From: an uncultured Chlamydiae bacterium
Lineage (GTDB): Bacteria > Chlamydiota > Chlamydiia > Chlamydiales > SM23-39
Reading direction: 5' to 3'
DNA: 64,000 nt
NCBI GenBank assembly: GCA_963730605.1
Contig: CAVSSM010000001.1
Span: 544,001-608,000, forward strand
Numbering within the stretch: the stretch's first letter is position 1; each line of letters starts with the position of its first letter. Below, one piece after another: positions 1-10,652 of the stretch. The notes below the pieces were generated by a model, which did not search any database, was not told the DNA's origin, and saw only the letters and a program-made list of their open reading frames with translations. The translations under genes and the position numbers were made by a program.

Positions 1-388
1 AGGTAGACTTAGGAGAGATCGCTTCCTTCCAAGCATTTTCGTATTGGGTTGCTGTGACAGGAGAGCCGTCGGACCATTTATTGTCTCTTAAAGTGAAGGT
101 ATAGCAAAGGCGGTCTTGGGAAACATCGAGGGATTCAGCGCCCGCTAAGCGCACTTTTCCATTTTCGTCCACACGTGTCAGCCCCTCGAAAAGCAGCTTA
201 CCCGTAGCAATTCCTCGGAGATGGATGATCAGGTCATGCGGATGAACAGAAGGAAGATCTCCTTCTTGAAAATTGATCGTTAGCTTATTTATTTTCATCA
301 GTCCCTCTTCCCTTTTTTGAAAACTCATCAGGTTTGAACAAAAGAGGATAAAAGAAATTGATATTTTAATCCAGCCATTTTTGAGCAT
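1..388 (-). CDS. oppA: OppA-like oligopeptide ABC substrate-binding protein, 5' part (runs off the window)
   Basis: Near-identical to 1885-2272; ATG at 388 gives MLKNGWIKISISFILFC. Confidence 0.85.
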   Translation of the reverse strand, partial: MLKNGWIKISISFILFCSNLMSFQKREEGLMKINKLTINFQEGDLPSVHPHDLIIHLRGIATGKLLFEGLTRVDENGKVRLAGAESLDVSQDRLCYTFTLRDNKWSDGSPVTATQYENAWKEAISPKST

Positions 389-500
389 GAACAACCCCGA
401 AAAAACCACAAGGAACCATTCTAAATTTTGTTCGGAAAATGTCAAGCTTTATGCAAGATCCACTTTCATGACTTAGGTTCATTGCGATTTATGCAATAAA

Positions 501-665
501 CTCGACTTTGTACAATTTTTGGCAAGCAGATCCAGAGGAAGCGCTCTGCAATTTTTTTCTTTTTTTGCGAAATTCATAGCCGAAGGCGCTATTTATGAGC
601 AAAAAAAGGAAAAAATGGCCAGCGATTCTCTCGGAGATGCCGTCACAAAATTGTACAAAGTCGAG
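501..665. mobile_element. MITE family A, copy 1 (165 bp)
   Basis: TIR ctcgactttgtacaatttt; 5-bp duplication ATAAA on both sides; inverted copy at 26139-26303. Confidence 0.9.
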
Positions 666-688
666 ATAAAGCCTTTCCTCTCGTAAAT

Positions 689-2272
689 TCAACGAGAAAA
701 GGAAGCGTAACTGAAGTCGACGGCTCCGCCGGAATCGAAAGAATAGCCTTTCAAGCCAGAAGGGTGAGTAAAAAGAAATGGATCTGTGCAAATCGGTATC
801 AATGGCGTTTCTTTCAAAAGGATCTCCTCTGCCTTTCCAAGCAACTGAAACCGCCGCTCTGAATCACTTTCTTCCCGCGCTTGTGAAATTAATTGCCTAT
901 ATCCGTTATGCACCCACTGAGAAAAGTTAGAGGGATTGATATCGCCGAGCTTTTCTAAAATCTCCATGGGATCATGATAGTAGGCCGTTTCAAATGCCGG
1001 GCCGACCTCAAACTGACCTCGCTCGAGATTCGTCCGTAGCACATTCCATTCTTGCTGTTCAAGACGGATATCGATACCCAACACCCGCTTCCATGTTTCC
1101 TGTAAATATTCAGCGAACTTTTTTCGGTTCGATTGCTGTGAATAAGAAACCGTGAGTTGCGGAAACTCCTCTTTCGCAATCCCTAAGTCCAAGAGCCCTT
1201 GCTGGAACCGCAGGCGCGCTTCTGTTTCGTCTTCTTTTAATAGAGATGATACCTTCATGTTCACCGGCAATAGAGAATCGGACAAAGCTCTTCGGAGAGG
1301 GTCTCCTCCTATCATAATATGGCGCGTTATATTCGTTCGGTCTAAAGCAAGGCTCAATGCTTGGCGGATGGCAGTAGAGGAAAGGGCTGGATGCCGCATA
1401 TTCAAATTGACCCAAAATGATCTTGCAACTTGACGGGAGAGCAAAAGATTCTTCGTTTGAAGGTCTTGGGTTTGTTCTGACGATAGGAACGAAAATGGCA
1501 TTCCGATCCAATCGAGTTTGCCACTTTCGTATAAATTAAAGATCGTCGAAGGATCCGATGCCATTAAAACATTGATTTCATCGAATAAAACTCTATTTTT
1601 ATTCCAAAAAAACGGATTTCTTACAAGTCTTAACCGGTCATTCTTTTTCCAGGTATCGATCATGAATGGACCGTTGAATGAGCTGATGTCTTTCTTTTTC
1701 GGATCGATGAGCGGCGCACAGATCGGCTGAGCGATCAAATCTAAAAAGAAAGAGGAAGGGTAGGCGAGGCGCACAACGAGTGTTTTATTGTCGACAGCTT
1801 TTACGCCCACTGCATCAAGAGGCACTTCCCCCTTTTTGGCTTTTTCCGCATTCTGAATGAGGTAGAAAAGGTTCGCGCGAGAACAGGTTGACTTAGGAGA
1901 GATCGCTTCCTTCCAAGCATTTTCGTATTGGGTTGCTGTGACAGGAGAGCCGTCGGACCATTTATTGTCTCTTAAAGTGAAGGTATAGCAAAGGCGGTCT
2001 TGGGAAACATCGAGGGATTCAGCGCCCGCTAAGCGCACTTTTCCATTTTCGTCCACACGTGTCAGCCCCTCGAAAAGCAGCTTACCCGCAGCCCTTCCTC
2101 GGAGATGGAGGATCAGGTCATGCGGATGAACAGAAGGAAGATCTCCTTCTTGAAAATTGATCGTTAGCTTATTTATTTTCATCAGTCCCTCTTCCCTTTT
2201 TTGAAAACTCATCAGATTTGAACAAAAAAGGATAAAAAGGATTGATATTATAGTCCAGCTATTTTTGAGCAT
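689..2272 (-). CDS. oppA: OppA-like oligopeptide ABC substrate-binding protein
   Basis: Family 5 solute-binding motifs (LFEGLTR, KWSDGSPVTA, NGPF); start placed at MLKNSW by alignment with the paralog. Confidence 0.9.
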   Translation of the reverse strand: MLKNSWTIISILFILFCSNLMSFQKREEGLMKINKLTINFQEGDLPSVHPHDLILHLRGRAAGKLLFEGLTRVDENGKVRLAGAESLDVSQDRLCYTFTLRDNKWSDGSPVTATQYENAWKEAISPKSTCSRANLFYLIQNAEKAKKGEVPLDAVGVKAVDNKTLVVRLAYPSSFFLDLIAQPICAPLIDPKKKDISSFNGPFMIDTWKKNDRLRLVRNPFFWNKNRVLFDEINVLMASDPSTIFNLYESGKLDWIGMPFSFLSSEQTQDLQTKNLLLSRQVARSFWVNLNMRHPALSSTAIRQALSLALDRTNITRHIMIGGDPLRRALSDSLLPVNMKVSSLLKEDETEARLRFQQGLLDLGIAKEEFPQLTVSYSQQSNRKKFAEYLQETWKRVLGIDIRLEQQEWNVLRTNLERGQFEVGPAFETAYYHDPMEILEKLGDINPSNFSQWVHNGYRQLISQAREESDSERRFQLLGKAEEILLKETPLIPICTDPFLFTHPSGLKGYSFDSGGAVDFSYASFSR

Positions 2273-2510
2273 GAACAACCCCTGAAAAAATTCACAAGAA
2301 GCCATTCTAAATTTTGTTCGGAAAATGTCAAGCTTTACGCGAGATCTGTGAAGAATCGCCAGACCCTGCGATAGGATGATTCTTCCTTCAGTTGCAAAGA
2401 GGAGGATAGTGCTCATTTGTTACATAATGCTTGGCTTTTAACGCCTTTGATAGTGTATTTGGCCCAGATACCGCAGTTTCGCCGTCGAGTTTTCCGTCCA
2501 TAGCCTATTA

Positions 2511-2675
2511 ACCTGAGTTTTGGGTTCATTTGCCTGAGCTTCAATTTCTTTCGGCATCTTTTTGACTTTTCGCCTCGGCAAGATGCTCGTCCCGATATTG
2601 CTCTCGGCTCCAAAGCGCAAAAATATGCTCGAAATATCCTTGAATCTCATAGACAAATGAACCCAAAACTCAGGT
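2511..2675. mobile_element. MITE family B, copy 1 (165 bp)
   Basis: TIR acctgagttttgggttcatttg; TSD TATTA. Confidence 0.9.
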
Positions 2676-2677
2676 TA

Positions 2678-4438
2678 TTATTTCTCGAGAAGCCGGCTTT
2701 TGAGCGCTTTCAGCTCATCGTTCAATTTTTGGGGCATCCGATCTCCGAACATCTTGAAATATTCGGCCAAAGCATCGCATTCCTGCAGCCACGCAGTCCG
2801 ATCGACTTCGAGAAGTTTTTTGATCGGAACCGATTCGATCCCCTGTAAATCGAGGGTCTTTGGAAGGCGCCCGATCGGAGAATCGACCGCTTCCGCTTTT
2901 CCAGTTTCCCTCTCGAAAATCCATTTGATGACGCGCGAATTTTCCCCAAACCCGGGCCAGAGAAATTTTCCCCCAGTATCTTTCTGAAACCAATTGACAT
3001 AGTAGATGCGCGGCAGTTTGTCTTGCGAGCTTTTAGATCCCATGTCCAACCAATGAGCGAAATAGTCCCCCATGTTGTATCCGCAGAAGGGAAGCATCGC
3101 AAAAGGGTCGTGCCGGAGTTTGCCGGTTTCTCCCTTGGCGGCGGCAGTTGTCTCGGAAGATACGCTCGCGCCCAAAAAGACCCCATGGGACCAGTCGAAG
3201 GACTCGAACACTAGGGGGATGACCGAGTTTCTCCGTCCGCCGAAGATGATCGCCGATATGGGAACGCCATTCGGATTTTCAGCTTCTCGGTCGTAGATGG
3301 GGCACTGCTTGGCAGGCACCGTGAAACGGGAATTGGGATGGGCCGCAAGCATTCCCTTCGCGGGATCCCAGGGAGTTCCCAGCCAAGAAGTGAGGCCGGG
3401 AGGAGGAGCGCCATCGATTCCTTCCCACCAAACATCCCTGTCCTGAGTCAAAGCGACATTGGTAAAAAGGGCATTATGGGTCAGCGTCCGCATCGCATTT
3501 GGATTTGTCTTCATGGAGGTGCCGGGGGCGACGCCAAAATAACCCGCTTCAGGATTGACCCCGTAAAGGCGGCCGTCGGATCCGAATCGGATCCATGCAA
3601 TGTCATCTCCGACCGTCTCGATTTTCCAACCGGGCAGCGTCGGAGTCAACATTGCGAGGTTGGTTTTTCCGCAAGCGCTCGGAAAAGCGGCCGCGATATA
3701 TTTTTTTTCTCCCTGAGGGTTTGTAACTCCTAAGATGAGCATATGTTCCGCAAGCCATCCCTCATCTCTTCCAATCGCCGAGGCGATCCGCAGCGCGAAA
3801 CATTTCTTGCCTAAAAGGGCATTGCCTCCATAGCCGCTGCCATACGACCAGATGGACCTCTCTTCGGGAAATTGGACGATCCAACGGTTCGATGGATTGC
3901 AAGGCCAAGGAACATCTTTTTGACCGCTTTTCAATGGAACCCCTACCGAATGGAGGCCGGGAACGAAAGACTGCTCTCCGATTCGATCCATGACTGCTTT
4001 CCCCATCCGGGTCATGATCTTCATATTGAGAACGACATAGGGAGAATCGGTGATCTCGACGCCAAAGCGGGAAAAAGGGGATCCGAGCGGCCCCATGCAG
4101 TAGGGGATGACGTACATCGTCCGCCCTTCCATGCACTCATCGAAAAGGCGAGTGAGCTGCTCATGCATTTCGGCCGGATCTTTCCAATGATTCGTAGGGC
4201 CCGCGTCTGCTTCCTTTTTTGAACAGATGAACGTATTTTCTTCTACTCGCGCAACATCGTCAGGATGGGAATGGCACCAGAAGCTGCGTGGCCGTTTTTT
4301 TGGGTCAAGAGGCACCAAGACGCCCGCTTTGACCATCTCCGATGCAATCTTGTCATATTCTTCCTCCGAACCATCGCAGATATGGGTTCTGAGCGGACGG
4401 CAGAGCGCGGCACTTTTCTCGATCCATCGTTTCAACAT
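2678..4438 (-). CDS. pckG: GTP-dependent phosphoenolpyruvate carboxykinase
   Basis: [30 protein letters not shown] and AHPNSRF motifs. Confidence 0.97.
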   Translation of the reverse strand: MLKRWIEKSAALCRPLRTHICDGSEEEYDKIASEMVKAGVLVPLDPKKRPRSFWCHSHPDDVARVEENTFICSKKEADAGPTNHWKDPAEMHEQLTRLFDECMEGRTMYVIPYCMGPLGSPFSRFGVEITDSPYVVLNMKIMTRMGKAVMDRIGEQSFVPGLHSVGVPLKSGQKDVPWPCNPSNRWIVQFPEERSIWSYGSGYGGNALLGKKCFALRIASAIGRDEGWLAEHMLILGVTNPQGEKKYIAAAFPSACGKTNLAMLTPTLPGWKIETVGDDIAWIRFGSDGRLYGVNPEAGYFGVAPGTSMKTNPNAMRTLTHNALFTNVALTQDRDVWWEGIDGAPPPGLTSWLGTPWDPAKGMLAAHPNSRFTVPAKQCPIYDREAENPNGVPISAIIFGGRRNSVIPLVFESFDWSHGVFLGASVSSETTAAAKGETGKLRHDPFAMLPFCGYNMGDYFAHWLDMGSKSSQDKLPRIYYVNWFQKDTGGKFLWPGFGENSRVIKWIFERETGKAEAVDSPIGRLPKTLDLQGIESVPIKKLLEVDRTAWLQECDALAEYFKMFGDRMPQKLNDELKALKSRLLEK

Positions 4439-4473
4439 AAGGTCATTATACTCCGCGTAAAAGAGTGAATTAT

Positions 4474-4815
4474 CTAAGCTTTTGAGGAACCGGTGGTTAC
4501 TTTCTTTCGCCTTCTCGTCTTTAACCTGCTCGACTTTTGAGCTTTTTGCCTGCGGATGCCCGTTTTAGTTGGGAATACATCTATGCCTATTTTATAGAGA
4601 ACATCAGGGCAGATATCCGCGCCATTTGGCCAGCGAATGCTCAAAGGGCCCTCATCCAACGTGACTTGCTTGAAGTACTCTATGTCTTTCAGGGGAAGAA
4701 ACAGGCCTTTTGCATTTTTAATCTTATTTTCTAAATCTACGACCTTACCTCTCCTGTTGCTAAATGTGAGTTTTAGCTTGTAGTCATGTAGGTATTCAAC
4801 TTTCGTAACTCTCAT
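4474..4815 (-). CDS. DUF2442-like protein (putative antitoxin)
   Basis: N-terminal [13 protein letters not shown] and [13 protein letters not shown] pattern. Confidence 0.75.
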   Translation of the reverse strand: MRVTKVEYLHDYKLKLTFSNRRGKVVDLENKIKNAKGLFLPLKDIEYFKQVTLDEGPLSIRWPNGADICPDVLYKIGIDVFPTKTGIRRQKAQKSSRLKTRRRKKVTTGSSKA

Positions 4816-5505
4816 AAATTAAACCAGAGGTTTTAACTTTTTGAATTTTTGGCATGATTGCCTAACTTGCAAGAGGCCGATGATCTTTCCGTTATAGAGG
4901 AGAGTCACCTTCTTTGATGATACCCTATTCGAAGATTTCCAGACTACGCTTATAGCAAGCATTCCTCTTGGGTTATCTCAGGAGATCCAGACGTGCAAAT
5001 TATTATTTTGCGCTCCATTTTCAAAAAATTTTCTGTACTACAGCGTTTCATTAATTTTGACATAATTTCTTGATAAAAAATATACTTGACGCCTTGTAAA
5101 ATTCGTGGGAGTGCAGGTATGCGAAAGAAGTATAAAGTCAAGTTAACACCCAGTCAGCGCAAGCAATTACTCGAAGTTGTGCATAAAGGAAAGCAGAAGG
5201 CAAAAACAATCACTCATGCTCGAATACTATTGCAGGCAGATTCTGGTGAAGAGGGGCCGGGTTTGAGAGCAAAAGCTATTGCGGCAGGGTTGAATATTCA
5301 CGAACGCACTGTACATCGAGTCAGAGAATCTTTCGCAAACGATGGACTGGAAGCTGCTTTGCACCGAAAAAAACATCGCCAATACAAACCAAGAAAACTC
5401 GATGGTGATCAAGAAGCCCATCTGGTTGCCATATGTTGCGGGGCCCCTCCGGAAGGGCGCAAAGAATGGACCTTGAGATTGTTAAGCGAAAGACTGGTTC
5501 AGCTA

Positions 5506-6701
5506 GTACCTGACCACAAAAGTTTTTAAAAAAATGTTTGAATAGTGTTCCATATATGCCTTTCATTTGGAGGCAGCTATGAACAAAAAATGGTCCGTTC
5601 ATCTCACAGTTGAGGTGCGCAGCGAACTCGAGGACATTGTTAGAAAAGGGAAGTCATCCGCGCGGATTATCAGAAGAGCGCAAACTCTGTTATTCGCTGA
5701 TGAGAAGAAACCAGATAAAGAGATTGCCTCTTTGCTACGGTGCAGCGAGGTGAGCGTTTACAATACAAGAAAAGCCTACTGTGAACACGGGCTACAACAA
5801 TCACTCAATGAAAAAGCGCGATCCGGAAGACCGGAGAAGATGGTTGGAAAGGCTAAAGCCCATTTAATCGCGCTTGCTTGCAGCGAGGCGCCCGAAGGAC
5901 GCGCCTGCTGGACAATGCAGCTACTTGCGGATCGTTGCATTACGCTAGAGTTGACAGATTCCATATCGGACGAAACGGTTCGCAGAACATTAAAAAAAAC
6001 GAAATAAAGCCATGGCAAGTAAAGAGTTGGTGTGTTCCAGAAGTGGATTACGAGTATATTTGTCGGATGGAAGATGTTTTAGATTTATATGAGGAGCCGC
6101 TGAACGAAAAGAAACCCGTTGTGTGTTTTGATGAAACACCAGTCCAATTGGTAGATGATGTGTTGGCGCCAATTGCCGCAGTGCCAGGGAGAGTCAAACG
6201 CCGAGATTATGAGTACGAAAGGAATGGAACAAGCAACCTCTTTGTTTTTGTACAGCCCTTGGGAGGCTGGCGGGAAATAAAAGTCACAGACCAGAGAACA
6301 AAAAAAGATTTTGCCGAGTGCATGAAGGATCTGGTGGACAAACATTTTCCCGAGGCAGAAAAAATTAGGGTTGTCATGGACAATTTGAATACGCATCGAC
6401 TGGCTAATCTCTACGAGACGTTTGAGCCCGAAGAAGCCAGGAGGATCATTAAGAAATTAGAGGTGCGCCATACGCCAAAACATGCAAGTTGGTTGAACAT
6501 GGCAGAGATTGAAATTTCTGTTCTTGGCGGTCAGTGCCTCAAAAGGCGAATAGGCTCAAAAGAAGTTCTCGGTAGAGAGGTGGCCGCTTATGTATCAGAT
6601 AGAAATGCTAGACGGGCAAAGATCCTTTGGGGATTTGCTATCCCAGATGCGCGAGTGAAAATGAAGAGGCTCTACCCATGAAAACTTTTGTGGTCAGGTA
6701 C
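5506..6701 (+). mobile_element. IS630-family element (inner)
   Basis: TIR gtacctgaccacaaaagtttt; TA duplication; orfA 5579-6007 and orfB to 6681 joined at an A8 slippery run near 5992. Confidence 0.92.
5579..6681 (+). CDS. IS630 transposase (programmed -1 frameshift)
   Basis: HTH domain, then FDET, VMDNLNTH and TPKHASWLNMAEIE motifs. Confidence 0.88.
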
Positions 6702-7592
6702 TAGAAGTTATTGATTCTATTTCCAGAAGCACAGTCCATCGCACTTTAAAAAAAATGAACTTAAGCCCTGGCTAAAGAAAGAATGGTGTATTCCTCCTGA
6801 GGAAAACGCTGACTTTGTTTGCCGAATGGAAAATGTGTTAGGCCTCTATAAGTGCCTATACAATCCAGAATATCCAATGATTTGCATGGATGAGTCGAGT
6901 AAGCAACACGAGGCAGGAAAGCTGGATAACATTCCAGCAAAACGAGGTAAGGTTGAACGCTTTGATACAGGATATGAGCGCAATGGCGTGAGTAATATTC
7001 TGCTGAGTTTTGAGCCACTAACAGGGAAACGATACATTGATGTTTCGGAGAGAAGGACTCGATTGGATTGGGCCAAACATATACAGAAACTTGTAGAGGA
7101 GCATTATCCCAAGGCAAAAAAGATCCTCTTGGTCTGCGATAATTTAAATATCCATACAGGTGCTGCTCTTTATGAGCTTCTGCCGCCCAAAGAGGCGAAA
7201 AGGATCGTAGACCGTCTGGAATTTCGTTATACGCCGAAACATGGGAGCTGGTTAAACATGGCAGAAATCGAATTAAGCCACCTTTCCAGGCAATGTTTAA
7301 ACCGACGCCTAAGAGACATAGTCGAGGTTAAAAAAGAAGTTGCCTCCTGGCTAGAGGGCAGAAACAAGGATGCGCATGTTATAGACTGGCGCTTCACAGT
7401 TGAGGACGCAAGAATCAAGCTAAAAAAGCTTTACCCCACAATTGGCAAAATTAATGAAACGCTGTAGTACTGGACAAAAAATAAATTCATAGCATTGCAG
7501 CAAATGGGATCGGCGGCAGCTTTTCCGATGCGACTAATTATGCATACAGCTATATGACTATCAGAGTTGGTCTGATATACCGCGCCCGCTTA

Positions 7593-8953
7593 GGGATTGT
7601 CTGAAGATAACTCGTACACTCTCATAGGAAATTTTTCAAATTTCCATAGATAAAAATATATATTGATGCTACTCTTCCTGCCCTCAGAGTAGAGAGCGTG
7701 GTTTCTCAGAACATAATCCGAACAAAATATCTTCGAGTCAATCACTCATTGAACGAAAAAAGCCGTCGCTTGTGGTGTGCCGCTGAAGCGTTAGCACTTG
7801 GAAAGGGCGGAGTAACATTGGTGCATGCCGCTACTAAAGTTAGTCGTTCGACAATCTATTTGGGGATCAAAGATATCCAACAAAAACGGCGTCGGAAAAA
7901 ATCCAAGGGACGTATTCGTAAAAAAGGTGGTGGAGCAAAACCCATTTCGAGCAAAATGCCTGGGATATTATCGGTGCTGGAAACATTGATTGAGGCTTTC
8001 ACCAAAGGAGATCCCGAGGTTTCCTTGAGGTGGACCAGTAAGAGTTTACGCAAACTATCCGCAGAGCTCAAAAATCGGGGATACGAAGTAGGTCGCTCTA
8101 CGGTGGGCAATTTATTAGAGGAGGCCGGGTACAGTTTGCAGTTGAATAAGAAAGACAAAGAAGGCAAATCCGTGCCGGACAGAAACGCTCAATTTGAACA
8201 CATCAATGAGCAGGCGAATGCATTCTTGCAAGAGAAACAGCCTGTGATTTCCGTTGACACCAAGAAAAAAGAATTGGTTGGGAATTTCAAAAATGGCGGG
8301 AGAGAATACCACAAGCGAGGAGAGCCAGTTAAGGTCGATGTTCATGATTTTCCCGACAAAGAAGCGGGGAAAGTGGCCCCGTATGGGGTATATGATATTG
8401 GCAAAAATAAGGGCTGGGTCAGTGTTGGAATTACGAGCGACACTGCTGAATTTGCTGTAAATACGATTCGTAGTTGGTGGCAAAAAATAGGAAAAAAAGA
8501 CTATCGAAATGCCTCCAAGTTGATGATAACTGCCGATTGTGGTGGCAGCAATGGCAATAGGGTGAGGCTTTGGAAGTGGGAACTGCAAAAACTGGCAAAT
8601 GAATTGGGGTTAGAAATTCATGTATGTCATTTCCCGCCAGCGACAAGTAAATGGAATAAAATCGAACACAAGATGTTCAGCTATATTTCTCAGAACTGGA
8701 GAGGGGTGCCGCTGATCACCCGTGAGGCGATCGTGCAGTTAATCGGTAGCACAAAAACGACCAAAGGGCTAGAAATTCAAGCCCAAATCGACTTCAGAGA
8801 GTATGAAAAAGGCAGAGAGATTAGCGATGAAGATTTTCGAGAGATTGCGATCACCTTCAATGAATTTCGGGGTGACTGGAATTATACCATTTCTCCAATG
8901 GTAAGAATCGGTATTTCCCTATGAAAGTGTACGAGTTATCCTCAGACAATCCC
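7593..8953 (+). mobile_element. ISAzo13-family insertion sequence
   Basis: Long TIR gggattgtctga(a/g)gataactcgtacact; TTA duplication. Confidence 0.9.
7698..8924 (+). CDS. ISAzo13-family (Rhodopirellula-type) transposase
   Basis: ISVDTKKKELVGNF, TADCGGSN and TSKWNKIEH motifs. Confidence 0.92.
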   Translation: MVSQNIIRTKYLRVNHSLNEKSRRLWCAAEALALGKGGVTLVHAATKVSRSTIYLGIKDIQQKRRRKKSKGRIRKKGGGAKPISSKMPGILSVLETLIEAFTKGDPEVSLRWTSKSLRKLSAELKNRGYEVGRSTVGNLLEEAGYSLQLNKKDKEGKSVPDRNAQFEHINEQANAFLQEKQPVISVDTKKKELVGNFKNGGREYHKRGEPVKVDVHDFPDKEAGKVAPYGVYDIGKNKGWVSVGITSDTAEFAVNTIRSWWQKIGKKDYRNASKLMITADCGGSNGNRVRLWKWELQKLANELGLEIHVCHFPPATSKWNKIEHKMFSYISQNWRGVPLITREAIVQLIGSTKTTKGLEIQAQIDFREYEKGREISDEDFREIAITFNEFRGDWNYTISPMVRIGISL

Positions 8954-9163
8954 TTAGGTTGTGTGAATTTTGACAGCAGATTTTTGGCTCCAGTAGCATT
9001 GCGGAGATCGAGTCCAACTTGCACAATGTTAACGAAATCGAGCAATGCGCTGGAGCAAAAAAGATGCTCAACAAAATTCACTCAAGATGAGCGGGCGCGG
9101 TATATCATTGAGGAGCATTCTAAGTTGTATTAATCGCGGGATAATGCAGGTTCGGTTTCCTCG

Positions 9164-9451
9164 TTAGAGAATGAAACCGCAGCCCCCTATAAAAAGTTCT
9201 GGAATGCGCTGAATTTCATCGATGATAATCAGCCCCTCCAACGGCTCCAATGCGGTTTTAGGATGCTCCAGAATGGCCAGATCGGCCGGATCCTCGAGGT
9301 CGAAGAAATGGGCGCGGCCAGCCCACCGGCTCGCTACGTAGGTACGGGCAAGGGTCGTCTTGCCACATTGGCGAAGACCTAGCATAGCCACAACTTTATG
9401 CGTTTTAAAGGCTTGTTCAATGAGAGTTTGATAGGCTGGGCGGTCGATCAT
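9164..9451 (-). pseudogene. Truncated AAA_14/DUF4143-type ATPase
   Basis: Walker A GLRQCGKTT and Walker B IIIDEIQ; ends after 95 aa next to the MITE/IS cluster. Confidence 0.75.
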
Positions 9452-9482
9452 GAAAATTCCAAGGTTACCTTGGAATTTTCAT
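9450..9482. promoter_or_regulatory. Perfect palindrome overlapping the ATPase start codon
   Basis: ATGAAAATTCCAAGGT-T-ACCTTGGAATTTTCAT; the palindrome is certain, its function is inferred. Confidence 0.5.
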
Positions 9483-9542
9483 ACCAAACCAGAACTTAAG
9501 GGTCAATTTGATTATAAGTCTTTATCAATCAAGGCGTTAATT

Positions 9543-10635
9543 TTAAAGCGGCTTTTTCTTCTTGAACTTGTCGAGATACTCGAGCGCTTTGCCGGTGCCG
9601 AGGCAGACGGCGAGGAGGGGGTTCGGCGCCACGAAAACCGGCAGGCCGGTTTCTTTGATCAGGGCCTTGTCGAGCCCTTTCATGAGAGCGCCCCCGCCGG
9701 CAAGGACCATCCCCCGCTCGACGAGGTCGGCAGCGAGCTCGGGAGGGCATTTTTCCAGGGTGAGCTTGACGCTTTCGATGATCTGCTGGATCGGCTCGGC
9801 GAGGCATTCGCGGATTTCAACCGAGTTGATCCGTTTCGTGATCGGAAGGCCAGCGACCTGGTCGCGGCCGCGCACTTCCATCTCGAGCTCATTGTTGCCC
9901 GAGAGGATAGGCCGACCCGATGGTGATTTTGATCTCTTCCGCCGTCCTCGGGCCGATCATCAAGTTATAGGTGCGGCGCATGTAGTTCATGATGCAGTCG
10001 TCGAACTCGTCCCCGGCGATCCGGAGCGAGCGGGACTCGACAATGCCGCCGAGAGAAATGATCGCGATTTCAGTGGTACCGCCGCCGATGTCGATGATCA
10101 TGTTGCCCGAAGGCTCATGGACGGGAAGATCGACCCCGATCGCGGCGGCCATCGGCTCTTCGATCAAGATCACTTCCTGGGCGCCTGCGTGGAGCGCCGA
10201 ATCTTCTACGGCCCGCTTCTCTACTCCCGTAATGCCAGAAGGGACGGCGATGAGGATGCGGGGGCGGAAGAGGCTGCGGGCCGGAGTCACCCGCTTGATC
10301 AGGGCTTTCAACATCCCTTCAGCGATTTCAAAATCGGCGATCACCCCGTCTTTCATGGGGCGCACTGCGTGGATTTTGCGAGGAGTTTTGCCAAGCATCG
10401 CTTTGGCCTTATGGCCGACGGCGAGAACTTCGTTCGTCAGAGAATCGACGGCAACGACGGAGGGTTCGGCCAGGACGATCCCTTTGCCGCGAACGTAGAC
10501 AAGGGTATTCGCTGTTCCGAGGTCGATGCCGATATCGCTCGAAAAAATGCCGGAAAGGCGGCTTACTTTTTTGATCGCACTTTTACGCAAAGTCTGCAGG
10601 GTCTCTAGGGCGCGGTCTAATGTCGATTTAGTCAT
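9543..10635 (-). CDS. mreB: Rod shape-determining protein MreB (one frameshift near 9885)
   Basis: [16 protein letters not shown] and LAGGGAL motifs across two ORFs. Confidence 0.93.
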
Positions 10636-10652
10636 AGAATTAAAAAAAACAC

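Larger units (their letters stand above)
5038..7467 (+). mobile_element. IS630-family element (outer), interrupted by a second IS630
   Basis: TIR ctacagcgtttcattaattttg; TA duplication; HTH orfA from 5119 resumes at 6702; DDE orfB ends at 7467 (TPKHGSWLNMAE). Confidence 0.9.
7580..9100. mobile_element. MITE family D, copy 1 (~157 bp net), split by ISAzo13
   Basis: Ends ccgcgcccgct / agcgggcgcgg flanked by TATA; matches 20158-20313 once the IS is removed. Confidence 0.8.

Noticed and set aside
2413..2656. Short ORFs such as MSMRFKDISS.. and MEPRAISG..
   Set aside because: They lie within MITE B and recur with each copy; they are not independent genes.
9562..10608. 348-aa plus-strand ORF
   Set aside because: Antisense shadow of mreB.
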